Below are positions 33,891 through 48,800 of a stretch of DNA of 64,000 nt, piece by piece. The stretch is taken from positions 316,398-380,397 of the forward strand of contig CAJINV010000006.1 in assembly GCA_905178155.1 (NCBI GenBank), written 5' to 3'. The stretch is from Amoebophrya sp. A120. Lineage: Eukaryota > Protista > Dinoflagellata. The notes under the pieces are model-generated. The model was not told the DNA's origin, did no database searches, and worked only from the letters and a program-made list of their open reading frames with translations. Every line of letters begins with the position of its first letter. The first letter of the stretch is position 1. The position numbers and the translations under genes were made by a program.

Positions 33891-36800
33891 TTATTTGTTT
33901 TGCATGCTGATCATGAGCGGGAACCCATCAGCGGACGCGAATTCCTGCAATTGTTCCCTGGACTTCGCTATGGATTGCAAAAATGTCTGGGTCCTCTGGA
34001 AGATTGCAACTTGTCATGCTAAATCGGAATAATGCAAAAATCTGTGTTGCATGAGTGCCAAAAGCTGTCCACTTTCGACCAAATTGGGACGGAGTTTGAT
34101 TTCTCATGCAGGACAGGCATGGCAGAGACCTCGTCGCTGACTCTGTCATGCGAGGTCCCGCATTCCACACCTCATGGCTGGTCATGGAAAACCCGCATGA
34201 TAAGTTTACACTCTTCCAGACCCAGATGACATATTTGCATTTGATATTCGCATTGGGGAGCTGTTTGTTCTTGCTGTGTCCGATCGGGGGCATTTTTCCG
34301 TTGCTACCGCGGGTCCCATATGAACTGCAAAAGTATCGCACTCGTATAAATGCATTACAAATTTCCTCAGCATGACAGATAAAATTTGTAATGCTGATTT
34401 ACCTCAAGAGAAAGATTTCTAATGCATGATTGCAATACGAATACGATACTTTTGCACACGATATCCCAGGGGTGCGCGGGCCGGCGTTGATGCCGCCCCC
34501 GAGATTATTCGACGGCGTCATCTGGTTGGCGGCGCTGGCTTATCAAATGCAAAAATGTCTGGGTCTGGAAGAATGCAGACTTGCCATGCATGTTTTGTAT
34601 GATGATTGATGCCTCTAATGCATGATCTAGCAACACAGATTTTTCGAGGGCTTCCTAATGCCTATTCCGCATGAGAAATCTCTCCGCGTACCACAAACTG
34701 GAGTCCTGCTGCTGGTCATGCAATGCAGATTTTTTTGGAATCCAAAGACAGCATTACAAGTTGCAATCTTCCAGACCCAGACATTTTTGCAATCCATATG
34801 GCTCCGACGTTCCCGGCCTGCTCGTTCTTTAAAGACTTCAGCTCCATCTCCATTTGCTTTATCTGATAGTTTTTTTTGGCGTAGATTCTCATTTTGTCAT
34901 CCGCATCAACTACACATTGTTCCCATGGGATCTAATCTGTCATGATGCATGAAACAGAATCCACCCGGATCCATAAAACACCGTATAAAAATTTCAGAAC
35001 CGCTCCAAGAACATCATCAGTAAAAAAAGTACCTTGTCCGCGTAGTCCTTTTGACTTCTCCGCAATGCGTTAATTTCCTCAATCAGCATGTATCCACTGC
35101 AAAAGCATCGCACTCGTATAAATGCCAGTCTTGCATTACAAGTCTTGTTCCCAAGGCAAATCAGCATGACAAATTCCATTTCTCATGCTCAGCAAATTTG
35201 TAATGCAATTCATACTAGTACGTTGCTTTTGCAGTTCATAGCATGGAATTTTCCCCGATTTTCCGCAGGTTATTCACCTTTCCCATCTCCGTTTGCTGTT
35301 CGGACTTGGAGGAGAGTTTTTTCAAACTTCTGGACAGCTGCCTCTTCTGCCGGTCCATCTCCTCGATCCTATGTAAAAACGTCCCCATCCCGTAGTCAAG
35401 ATGGGGAATCGGCTAGACAAATCCACAAGCTTTGGCTGTTTTGCATGACAAATTTGGACTCGTAGCGTAGTGCTGCTTGAGCTAGCTCAGCAGCATCACA
35501 GATCTAGTATACCATGCTGATTGGAGCATGACAAATTCCAAAACACGACTAGACAACGCTTCTCATGGGGCTCGGCATGAGAAACATTTTCATCATGCAG
35601 ATTTGCATTACAACTCTGGGTTGGGGACGATTTTAAATACGATATCCTCGATTCCAGCCGCATCCGCCCCGCCGGAACTCGAAGCCGCGGAGTGTGACGT
35701 TCCACTGGTTCCTGGCGGTTTCTTATGCAGAGCAAAAGTATCGCAGTTGTAGTAATTGCAATCATGTATTACAGATGCAAATCTCTTCCCTCCCTCAGGG
35801 AAATCTGCATTACAAATTTCATTTCTCATGCTGAGAAAATCTGTCATGCGATGTATACTATAGTACGATGCTTTTGCATTTCATATTTCTTGGAACTCTG
35901 ACTGGTTCCCGAGCTTCCTTTGTTTCCTCCGCGACCACCTCCCGATGCGGTGCCCGGAACCGGATTGTCACTGGCATAGGTGCCGCTGTAGTCCTGGTAC
36001 AGCTGCCTCAAGTTTTGCAAACCGATCTTGGCTTCATCATTCCCCGCGAAGGTTTTCTCGTGCATCATGCCGTAGAGCTCCCGTTATCAACTGCAAATAT
36101 GTCTGGGTCTGGAAACTTGTGATGCTGGGTAGCGTTTCATGATGAGGCTACAGGTGCTGGCTTAGATCAGATCAGATCAGATAGTTTTTTGTAAATACTC
36201 ATAAAGAGTAAGTTTACAAATGCTCGCTCGAAAGCGGCGGTAGGGACGTTGTGTTTCTGAGCTTCTAGGTGTTGCCTATTCTGCGTGACAAACTGCGTTT
36301 CTGCATCACAGAAAAATGGAGCTTTTGGGGAACGTGCATGACAGATTTAAGAGTCATGTCAGACAAGCATGACAAACATGCATTCTTCCAGACCCACACA
36401 TTTTTGCACTTGATACCCGTTGAAATTTGTTGATGTACTTCTCTAAATCCCTCTTTTCCTCCTCCGTGTGCTTTATTGTGTCCTGCTGGTGCTTATGAAC
36501 TGCAAAAATCTCTGGATGTCTGGAAACTTGTGATGCAAGAAAGGAAATAGTGAGCACACTGTCATGCGCCCCCTAGCATGACAAGTTTTTCCGTAGTTCA
36601 GAGATGCGTGCCGCGCCTGAGAAACTGCGTTTTTGCATGACAGACAAGAGGAGCTCTTTGCGGCCACGCAATACAGAGTTCAGAGTTATTCCAGACTAGC
36701 ATGACAAGTCTCGCAATCTCCCAGACCCAGACATTTTTGCAGTACATAGTGCTTGATCGTGAGTTTCAAATTTTCCAGCGACTTCTGCTGGTTCTGCTCT

Positions 36801-39800
36801 AATTTTAGCTTCTGCACAAATTCTTTCCCCGCATCCTGTAGATGGCCTGTTAACTCTATCGTACGAAAAAACTGTTTCACTGGAAGGATGTTTTTGCAGG
36901 TTCTGCATCACAAGTTCGTTCTACATTGCACAGAGAAGATTTGCCATGCGAGATTCCTAAGGGAAATAAACATAGCTAAAAATCCACGTTCTTGCATATG
37001 AAGCAAGACAAATATTTCTGTGTTCCATTTTATGCATCACAAGTTTAATACAGTGACACAGTTTTTTCTTGCGATAAACTCCGTGATCTTCTGCTCCTTT
37101 GGGAAAATCCGCTCATTCAGAAACTTGAGCTCGGCCTGGTGGTTGGCGGGATTGGGATTGGTTTCGAGCGGTATAATTCCTCGCCTTGCGCTTTACAGTG
37201 CACAAGCATCAGCGATGATGTGTCATGCGGAACAAGCATGACAGATACATTGCACTCATGGAAAATATTAAATCGAGTAAAGTATACAAACTTTAAAATC
37301 ACCACTCTACTATAAATACCTCAAACGCATTCTTGTGCTTCTCTGTTTTCTCTACGGTTTGCTTCAAATCCTGAATTTCTTTGTCCTTCTTTTTCGACAC
37401 TTTTTCCGCCTCCGTCACCTGCGTCTTCAGTGTGGTTATCTGTTCTTGCAGCGCTCCCATCTCCTTGGTCATGCGCTGGGCGTTCTCTTCGTGCTCTTTC
37501 TGGAGGAGCGCGAACCTTGATGTTGTAGATTTTGCGCAGAAAAAAACATTGTTAGTGTAGGATTTTCGAAAATGCATGGATTTTTTTCTTGGTTCAATCA
37601 AAATTATTTCTAAAGCGAACCCCACCGGCCATCGTGCAGCTTCGGGGAGCTTGCGTTATAAATCTGAGCGGGCCAAACTTGCTTTCGTTGCTTTTGTGGA
37701 AGTGAAATAGTTAAGGAGGCTAGACTGCTCGCCAATGCCGCGAGGGGGAGGAGACGATCAGCGAGGCTGTGCCGCGAAGTCTGCTGACCCGCAGTCGCGG
37801 ATTGCTGGTCCTGTCTAATGCCCGAGGCCGGGCTTGCCTCCGACCGGGTCGGCCGCCAGTTACACGGCGCGCGACCACGCAAAGGCCTTCCGCAAAAAAA
37901 ATCGCATCATGCAAAAGTCCTGTAATGCAGAAAGTCCTGTAATGCAGAAAAGGCTGTAACGCGCAAAATCCTGTCATGCATCAAATCACTTTTCCCTTTC
38001 CGCAGCAAATCGCAATGGCTCAAGATCATTCAAAAAAAAAATGCTTCATGCGCAAATCCGAGCATGTCATGCAAATTTAAATGATCTGTCATGAGATCAT
38101 GAAATGCAAATTTTGAATGATCTGTCATGCAAATTTAAATGATCTGTCATGCAAATTTAAATGATCTGTCATGCAATGTCGTGAAATGATCTGTCATGAG
38201 ATCATAATGCATCGGGAAATCGCATCGGAACAAAAATTGCATGATCGGCATGCTTATCAAATGCAAAAATGTCTGGATCTGGAAGATTGCAAGGTTTGTC
38301 ATGCATATTTCGCATGATGTAATCGAGGCCTACATCACAGCGCGAACCTTGATGTTGTAGATGCGCAAAATTTTATTACTATTGAAACTGCAGCAACTAG
38401 CCAAAAATGGCATTCCTACCCTGGTTCCAGGGTAGGAAAAAATGCCCCAGATTTGTCATGCAGATAGAAATGTGCGCTTCCACTTGCATGACAGAAAAAA
38501 ACTGCATGACAAACATAGAATTTGTCATGCAGATTTGCATGCAGTTGCATGAGAGATGTATTTTTTGTCATGCAGATGCAGTTTTTTTGCATGAGAAACT
38601 TCAGGAGCGCGAACCTTGATGTTGTAGATGCGCAAAATTTTATTTGTCATGCAGAACAAATGTCAGCGCTAAAAGTAAAACCAACCCGTAATTCTAATTT
38701 TGTCATGCAGAACACCTACAAATAGTGAATAGTGCTGTAGTCTTGCAGAACCACCAAGAACTATACCTTTGCCTCTCCTTTTCCATAGCGTTTAACCCCC
38801 GTAGCAGCGTCTCTTGCTCTTTTTTCAGTGCGTTGACTTTGAACTGGGACTTATCCTGTGTAACAACGTCCCCCCGATGAACCCAGAGTCAAGATCACGA
38901 TTGTCGTGCAACACAAACCTGAAGGTTTTGGGAGTCCTCACGCATGACATCTTCAAGTTCCTCTCTGTATTGTAGTGCAGTTCGGCTTCGGCGGGAAGGA
39001 CAGCCGCATTACAAATTATCGATCTGCTTCTTTTATCCTTTTTGCACCATTACAAATTCCAGAACACGATTTTGGAATAAATGTCTAGCATGGGGACGAT
39101 GCGCATCACAAATGTTCCTGGTCTTGCAAATCTGCATGACAAGAAAAACTCCGGGGAGGTGCTGGGGACGTTTTTACACAGGATAGGACTCCTGCAAATT
39201 TTTCGTTGCTTGGTCCATCAAACCCGAGATCTCGTGGTCCCTGTCCTGTTCTTCATCCTTTAAAATTGTGTTGTACCGCTGCTCTTATCCCACGAAAAAA
39301 GTGTTACAGCTCCACATTTGTAGTGAATTCAGCAACACAAATTTCTCTGCATGAGAGAGAAAATTTGTAATGCAGAAATCCTGCGGGAAAACACCTATGG
39401 AACGAGGCTCCTATGCATATCCGGCATGACAGAGCTTGTCTGTCTTGCTCGGCCTGCAACACAATGTGTAACTGTAACACTTTTTTCTTGCGATAGCTCT
39501 ACGTACTTTATCAGCGCTTTGTACTTTGCAATTTCTTCTCCCTGGTATGCAAGTGCACAACTCTACTCCCTTCTCCTCATTTGAACGGTAACGGGGGCTT
39601 ATTATACAGCAATAGAAACACCAACGAATACGAACGACATGGAGCCTGTGCATGACAAGTCTCTACAACCGCGCCTCCTGGTGTAGAAGTTCCCCTGTTT
39701 GGGCTTTTGGAATTGGAATTTGTCATGCAAACAGTGCCAAAAGACAGCAGGAGGAACAATTGGCGTTTTGTCAATGACAAATGAGGAGAAGGGGGGGTTG

Positions 39801-42800
39801 TGGACCACCCTGATACCTTGTCCGCATTTTCGATTCTCAAGTCCTTTTCGGTTTTCTCCGCTTCGTTTTTCAAATCTTGCTTATCGAGAGCAAATATGTC
39901 TGGGTCTGGAGGAGTGTAACTGTAAACTTGTCATGCAGGTTTTCCATGATCCATGAGGTCTGGAATGCGAGACCTAGCATGACAGACTCTATGAGGTGGT
40001 CTCTGTCATGCCTATCCTGCATGAGAAACTCCTTCCCAACTTGGTCGAAAGTGGACAGCTTTTGGTAGTACTCACGCAACGCAGATTTTTGCATGCTTCG
40101 GATTTAGCATGACAAGTTGCAATCTTCCAGTCTCAGACATATTTGCAATCCATATTGCTTCGTTTTATCCAACTTTTCGGCCGCTTCCTCTCTCGCGATG
40201 TACATCTCCTTGGTCCGGTATGAGAGTGCACAAGAACTCCCCCTCCCCCACGTTTGTGTTGCATGAACAGCAACACAGGCGCTGCTAAAGATGCACCTTT
40301 TGCATGACAAATTTTATTGACAGGAGTGTAGTGCTGTTTTGACTTTCGGAGTGAGTCTGTCATGCAAAAGGTGCTAACAGGCAAACCGTAGATTTGGGAT
40401 TTTGCATGACAAATGAGGGGGAGGGGGAGCTATGTGCACTTTCATATCAGTTGCGAATACCGGTCGTTTTCCATTTGGAGTTTCGCAGAGTACATACCCT
40501 CCAGCTGCTCTTGTGCCGCGATGTGCTGGGCCTCTAACGCTTTCACCATCCGAACGGGTTCCTGTAGAAGTTTTATGTCGTGTTGCGAATGCGATTTCCA
40601 TTTCACGCAACACGCATTGCCATTGTCATGCGCAGCATCAAACTTCAACTTCATCTTTAACATTCCCCAGAAACAGCACCATTGTCACACTATTCTATAC
40701 CTGTTCCCTTTCCTGAATAATATCCTCCAATAGCACTATCCTTTCCTTCAATGCTTCCACTTCTGACTTCTCACTCGTATGGATTGTAAATATCTTTGGA
40801 CGTTTGGAAGATTCTGAGACTTGTCATGCACGCTTTGCATGAGCCATGATGTTTGTGATGCATGCCCTAGCATCAAAGTTTTTTTGAGGGCTTCTTGATG
40901 CCTATTCCGCATGACACATTATGTCCTCTTCATCGCGTAGCAAAAATTACATCCCCTTTGCTGCTTATGCAATAGAGATTGTTTCGGAGTCCAAATGTAG
41001 CATCACAAGTTCCGCTGTCCCAGACCCAGACATATTTGCATTCCATAACTCGTTATCTTCGTCGACTCTAATCTCGCCTCGTACGCGTACCTCTGTATGA
41101 CCTGCTCAAGCGGTACAATCTCAAACGTTACATAAAGAATCTGGAAATCTGTGATGCAAAAGGTGCATGACCTAGCCTACTCCCACAGCATTGCGCATGA
41201 CAAGTTCTGGAGTCCTCCCAAACCGCTCTAGAACAATCTGGCAGAATTTGCATTGCAGAAAGTGGAACGCTGCGCGGGTCTGTCATGCTCATCATGCACT
41301 ACAAAATCCAGATTCTACTGTAACGTTTGAGACTGTACCGTTCGAGCGGGTCATACTCTGCTGGTCTAGCTTCTGCATGCTATCCAACTCGATTTGCTTA
41401 ATCTCGTGGTTCAACTTCTCGACCTGATCTTCCAGTTTTACCAAGTCTTGTTTTTCAATCAAGCAAATCTCGTCGCCCTTCGGCTATCCTTTGCGAAAGC
41501 GTCTCCACCCCATAGTCAAGCTGCTGGTAAGTCCGCAACACAAATCTCCAAGCTTTGGGAGTTGTGCATGACAAGTTTCCCTCTGCAGTGTAGTGCTGGT
41601 TAGCAAGAAGGGAGGCCACAAGAGAAAGCTATTTTCTCATCCTGTTTACAGCATGACAAATTCGACAACACGATTGGAAATGCCTCTGCTCATGGAGCTG
41701 CGCATTACAAGTGTTCCTGTCATTGCGCATTTGCATCACAACTCTGGGGTGGGGATGTTTTTACTTGGGATATCGGCAATTTCTTCGCCATGTTGCTGTC
41801 CTTCGATGGACTGGAAGTTTTCTGCATTGCAAAAGTACTATCGTCGTAATTGTAATCACGCATTACAAATCGAAATCCTCATCCAAAGGTGGATTCGCAT
41901 GACAAATTCCATGCGTCTTCATACAGAGGCAACTTGTAATGCAAAGACTGCTAGTGCGATATTTTTGCAATGCATAGGTTTTCTGGGACTGCAGTTGCTT
42001 TTTCGACGTGGAAGAGGACGATGGTGTCTTCCCCGCTTGTATCCTAGGCAAAAACGTCTCCACCCTAGATTTGTGATGCATATTCGCATATCAGAAACGT
42101 TTCTCATGCGCAGCAACATACATGAGAGGCATTTTTTCATGCTCTTTTGCAGTTTGTCATGCTATTATCAGGATAAGGAAATCGATTTCTGATGCGGCTG
42201 CAGTACCTACCCGGCACTACGCTACAGATCGAAGCTTGTCATGCGTAGGTCCCACAACTAACAGCTGGCTGTGTGTTGCAAAATCCTCATCTTGACTCTG
42301 GGGTAAAAGCGTTCTTACACAGGATATCTTTCGCCGGTGAAGCCGCTGCGGCTTGCTGTTGCTGGGAAAAGGAGCTCCGGGTGGATTTGGTTTTGTCTAC
42401 CTCGAACTGGTCCTGGACGGATAACAGGAAGATGCTGCCATCCAAGTATCCCGAGGAAAAGCGTCCCCAACCCATAGTCACGATGGGAAATCTGCTAGAC
42501 AAATCTACAAGCTGAGGGCGTTGCGCATGACAAGTTCGGCCTCGTACTGTAATCCTGTTTACCTCGTTCAGAAGCATCACAAATCTAACCCACCATGCAG
42601 ATTCGAGCATTACAAATTCCAAATAAACCCGACTAGAAAATACCTGTCATGGGGCCCCGCATGAGAAACATTTAATTTTGAGCATGCGCTTTTGCGTGAC
42701 ACCACTGGGGTAGGTACGTCTTTACGCAGGATACTAAGGACGTGGTAACCATCCGATTCTCGCCGGGGAGTAAGGCGCAGAGAGTCGGACCCTTGCGTTA

Positions 42801-45800
42801 TTTGTACATAGCGTTTCCAACAAAATCAAAAAGATGAAAAACTACCGCTTGGGTCGTTCTTTGGAATAGATGTGATTACGGGAGGACATGACGATCGTTT
42901 GCGAGGGGATGTTCGAGCGTTATTTTTTCTAGTACTCGAAATGCATAAAGAAACCGAAAACAGTCTGGTGGTCCTGCATTGAAGAATGAGTCACTCCAAA
43001 AAATATTTTCTTCGCAAATTTGCCAAACAAGAAGCATGTCATGATTACAGTGACAGCACAAGTATATAGCAAATATCCAAATCCTGCTCCAACTGTTGTA
43101 TTGTTTCGTAGAACCATAAAGTATAGTACGTCCTTACCGACGCCCTGTTGTTTTTCCTCCTGACACAGTGCACGAAAAATTCCTCGTAACTCGCGCTTTT
43201 GCTGAGTGGAAACGGGTAACTCCAAAGCGTGCCGCTTGTTGTCGTCGCAAACAACGTGGTTCCCCCGTATGTCGTATCCTGTGCAAAAGCATCGCACTCG
43301 CATTGCAATCATGCATTACAAATCTTTTTCTTGAGGCAAGTCAGCACTACAAATGTTCTTTCTCATGCTGAGGAAATATATTTGTCATGCATTTCTACGA
43401 GTACGATACTTTTGCAATTCATATTTCGCCGCCGCGTTGGGTAAGGAGTCCAAATATCAAATGCAAATATGTCTGGGTCTGGAAGAATGCAACTTGTGAT
43501 GCTGCGTTTGGATGTCTAGAAAATTTGTGTTGCATGACCAGCAAAAGGAATCTAATTTTTGCTACGCGGAGAGGGCATTTGTCCTCATGCGGAACAGGCA
43601 TCAAGAATCCCTTCAAAAAATTGTGATGCCAGGGCATGCATTACAGACATCATCGCTCACGCAAACCATGCATGACAAGTCTCAGAATCTTCCAGACCCA
43701 GACACTTTTGCATTTGATACCAAATCCCGACTTGCCATCAACCAGGCCGAGTCTCGCTGTTCGTCACGGGACAGAGCGAGTAATTTCCTATCAAACGTGA
43801 CAGAGCAAATCGACTCTTTCGCGGCGTCGGGTAATTCCAACTTGCAGGCTAGCTCCACGTTCGCGAGTAGTTCGGGATTCGTGGCGGACTCGGAATTCGC
43901 TATTGGCGTCAAATACAGGTCGTACAACCTACCACAGTATCGACATTGCAAAAGTGCATCAGGCATGACTAGTCTCCCTCTCGAGCTGAACGTGAACTCG
44001 CATTAGCATTACAAATTCCATGATTTTGATCTTGATTTGTCATGCTACGAAAAATTTCTCATGTAGTTGCGCTTGACATACTTACGGTGCTTGATGTTCT
44101 CTTGCAATGCGTACGTACGTTTTCCCCAGCGATTCCTTCGTATTCAGCGTTTTGAAAGATAGCGCCACGACCCACCGTATCAAATGCAAAAATGTCTGGG
44201 TCTGGGAAAATTCAGACTTGTCATGCATATTTCGCATGCCCCATGACGTCAGGAATGCAGGACCTAGCATGACAGGTCCTGCGAAGTCTCTATCATGCCA
44301 ATCCTGCATGAGAAACTCCCGCTCATGTTGGTCAAAAAAGGACAACTTTTGGTGATCACGCAACACAGATTTTTGTGTGACCCACGGGACGCATCACAAG
44401 TTCCATCCTCCCAGACGTCCAGGGATTTTTGCATTTGATACATCGCCTCCGGTTCGTCGTCACGTCCCCGTCGAAGGCGATGGTCGCGTGGAAATTTTTA
44501 TCCTGTGCAAAAGTATTAATTGCGTTTATGCATTACAAATCTTTTTGCTAAAAAGGCAAATCCGCAGTACAAATTCAATCTGTAAAAATGCTAGGTCAAT
44601 TTGTAATGCAACAATTACACTAGTACGATACTTTTGCAGTTCATAATTTTCGTACAGGGAAAGTAACTGCGACCGTGCGCCCATGGATTTCTTGTCCTCT
44701 TCTATCCTGTGCAAAAGTATCGTGGTCGTAGTAATTGCATTTCTGCATTACAAATCTCTTTTTCAAGGTAAATCAGCATTACAAATCAAATTTGTAATGC
44801 TGGCCTAATTTGTCATGCAATTTATACTAGTACGATGCTTTTGCATTGCATATCTTCCGTTAGCAAACAATTTATCAACTGCAAATATCCCTGGATGCCT
44901 GGAAGATAATTGGGAGACTTGTCATGCAGGTTTTCCATGAGGACCCAGGAGGTCTGACGTGCAGGACATAGCATGACAGATTCTGATGTAAGATCTTTCT
45001 CATGCCTAGCCCGCATGAGGAACTTTTGCTCGCAAATTGATGGTCAACAAAAGTGGACATCAACTTTTGGTAATCACGCAACACAGATTTTTTCACAGTC
45101 CAGACTTCGCATGACAAGTTGCATCCTTCCAGACCCAGATGATATATTTGCAGTTGATACAATTCCCGTCGGTACAGTCTTTGTGCGGTTCGAGGTAATA
45201 CTCGGCGATTTTGTGGTAGTTTGACATGTCCCACACGTAGAACGACCCGTCGATGCCGACCGTCGCCATGGTAAGCGCCTGAAAGTCGAAACTCACGTCC
45301 GCGATGGGGGAGGTGTGCTTCTTGATGGTAACCTGGAAAAGTTTTTATGATGATCTTCATTTGGCAGCTACTTCTATTGAGTTTTTTGCATGACAGCGCA
45401 ACGTTATTATCTAGCTTCCCGCATCACAAGTTTTTACTTTTATTGTTCCACTTGTTCTCTATCAAAACCATATGCATATTTTTTTATACCAGTTTGTTCA
45501 GGTTCAGCGTCTCCAGCACGGTTAAGAACTTCCCATAAATCACCACCAAATAGTTCCCATTGGTCGGACTGTACACCACTTTTTTCAAATTTGCAAACCG
45601 GAGTTCTGCGTACTGCTGAATTTTGTTGGCGAGCAAGTATGGAGAGGAAAAAGTTTGTCACAGTCACGAACTTGCAGGTTTGGCATTACAAATTTTTTTT
45701 AGCATCGCAGCTTTTCCGTGTATTGCAGAAGCACTAGGGGAATCCCTTGAGAAGTTTTGGTGCTGTGATGCATTTTTACGCGTAGCAGGAAGCTTTGTAT

Positions 45801-48800
45801 TGCAAAGATGCGCAAGAGTGATCGTGACGAACTTTTTTTGTTTGATAGCAAGTGGAACATGCGCAAGGTTCCGTCCGCGAAGGCTACCGCGCAGCTGTAG
45901 CCGTCCGGGTGGATCGCGCATTGGATCGGCGCTTTTTCGCTGGTGAAAAACGTGCTCATATTGAGAGGAAAAATCCCCCCTCCCCATATCGAAACGTTAT
46001 AATCTTTCCGAAAATTTGTCTTGCTGATTTGAGACCACAAATCGCGTCTGTCTTGCAAGAAGACATTCATCCACAGGCTCTGCCGCATTATGCAGGCGGT
46101 TTGTGATGCTGTTGGGCCTACAGCATAGACGTTTCTCATCGACTAAGCGCCTAGGCGAAAAGCTTTCTACTCAGGCTTAGCAGGAGCCTGCTGGTGTCCT
46201 CTACTGCAAGACAAACCTGATTCGTATAGTACGCAAATCCAGCATCAGAAACTTGCTTTTGATATGGGGAGCGGGTATTTTTCCTTGTGATAGCTCAGTT
46301 CCAATTCCAGCGTCTCGTAGTTGTACAGCCTCAAAGAGTATCAAATGCAAATATGTCTGAATCTGGAAACTTGTAAATGCAAATCAGCGAACACTAAGCA
46401 CTCTGTAATGCACCGCCAAGCATGACAGGTTTTTTCGTCGCGCTGTGTAGTTGCGTATTCCGCATGACAGGCACAGGGAGCTGCTTGTGGCCACGCAACA
46501 CAGAGTCCAGAGTCATGCCAGACAAGCATGACAACTCTCGCAGTCTTCCAGGCCCAGACATATTTGCATTTGATAAAGAGCTGTCGTCCTTCGAACCGGC
46601 GCACGTTAAGAACAGTATGACAGTGCACAACTCGTCCCCCTCCCCCTCATTTGTTTAGCATGAACGGCAATACAGGCATCAGCAAGAATGCCGGTTCAGC
46701 ATGACAAATTCAAGTACACTGGAGTGTAGTACTATTTTGGGCTTCCAGAGCTTGTCATGCATGAGAGTGACAGGAGGGACACCAGTCTAGAGTTGGCGTT
46801 TTGCATGGGAAATGAGAACGAGGGAGTAGAGTTATGCACTCTGATAAACAGCGGTCGCAGTTCCGAATTCGCAGAGGACACAGACAACACCGGTCCAAAG
46901 TGCGCGGCGAGGGATATGGCGAAGTTCTCAGACGGGTTACATTCCCAACACTTACATGAATTTGTCATGCAGAATCACAATCACGCTTCTCACGATAAAG
47001 CTTCTTCGCATGACAAGTTTTCGACAAGCTAAACAGCATTACAACAGTCTGTGCCAAATCTGTAATGCAAGACGTGCAAGGGCAAGGCCCCCCCTTTTAC
47101 TTTTGCGTGTAGTTTTTGCATCACAAATTCATCATGTAACAGTTGAGAATGTAACGTTTGAGAACGCCATAAGGGATCGGTTGGCCGGGAAGGTGAGTTT
47201 CTCCTTCGCCAGATACAATTCCGCTAGATTCACGTAGCAAAAATCCCCATCCGCAAAGGCTTATGCATTGCAAAAGCATTGTAATCGCAGTAATTGCAAG
47301 CAGGCATGACAAATGTTGAACTTGAGCTGAATTTGCATATACAAATTGATGCTTTCATGCTAAGCAAATTGAAATTTGAAACTGCAAATTTTTATACCAT
47401 TTACTACTCGTACGACCACACTTTTGCGATGTATAAGGCCAACACCACTCCGGCCTGGCTGTTTGTGCCGGAGGTGTTTGAAGACGACTGCTATGAGAGT
47501 GCACAAGAACTCCCCCTCCCCCTCATTTGGATGGCAACATCCGTAGCAACACAAACGCTAGCAAAGATGCAGCTTTTGCATCACAAATTTGCGACCGATT
47601 GTTCTAGTGGTGACTCGGCTCCTTTCGGAACCTGTCATGCATAGTAGTGCCAAGAGGCAAAAGGTGGATTCGGTGTTTTGCACGACAAATGCGTTGGAGG
47701 AAGAGCTCCTGTGCACGACTCTCATAACTGCTGTTGGCTTTGCACAATGCCGGCGTTGGCAGTGTCGATGCCGTGCTGCTGCAAAATCTCCTTTCCGAAA
47801 AACAGTTCGTCGTCAACGGCAATGTCGATGGAAACCACGTTCGACTTCCTATGCATTGCAAATATGTCTGGGTCTGGAAAGTTCAAGTTGCAACTGGTGA
47901 TGCTGGATTTGGATTCCACAAGAAATCTGTATTGCCTGAACAGCAAAAGAGGTTCAGTTTTTGCCATGACGACAGGGCATTTCTGATGCGGTGTGGGCAT
48001 CAGGAAGCCCTCATAAAATCTGTGCTGCTAGGGCATGCATCACAGACATCAGAAGTCATGCAAAATGCGCATGACAAACCTTGCATCCTTCCAGACATCC
48101 AAGGATATTTGCAATGGATACTTCCTGCCGGTGTACAAGTTCCGGACGAACCGGTAGCTGTGCGAGTCCAGCCGCTCCCATATCAAAATGAAAAATCTCC
48201 CCTCCCCATGTTTCCGAAGATTTGTGTTGCTGATTTGAGGCCACAAATCACATGCGTTTTGCAAGACGACAAGGGCAGAAGCTTCGGCCCCATTATGGAA
48301 CCGATTTGTCATGCTGTCGGGCTTAAAGGGGAGCCGGTTGCCATGCTGAACAACTAGACCCATACGCCCCTGCCTAGCCTGGGGATCTGGCCTCGATGCC
48401 TTCCTGCAATACAAAGCTGATTTGTGTACACAAATCCAGCATCAGAAATTTCGTTTTGATATGGGGAGGGGGGATTTTTCCTTGCAATATCCCAAATCCC
48501 CAAGTACCCATCGCTCCCCGCAATGATAAACCCCTTCTGGAAGGTGCAGATCGCCAATGGTTTCACCTCTTCGGAGATCGTATCGTCAAAACAATCCTGC
48601 AGAACCTCTACGATTTTCAGTGTCTGAGAATCCACCAGGTAAATCTCCTGCTTCTGGCTGTTGACCGCCAGAATTTCCTTCTGCTTCGCCCACAACTTCT
48701 GCAGCAGCTGCAGACGCGGTTTTTCCTTGGAATTTATCGAAAGGAAAAATCCTCCCTCCCCATATTGAACCGGAAACCTGCTCTGTTGCTGGATTTGTGT

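Noticed and set aside
38016-38024. Relict dinoflagellate spliced-leader (TGGCTCAAG)
   Set aside because: Only the last 9 nt match, on the non-coding strand inside an intron; expected by chance.
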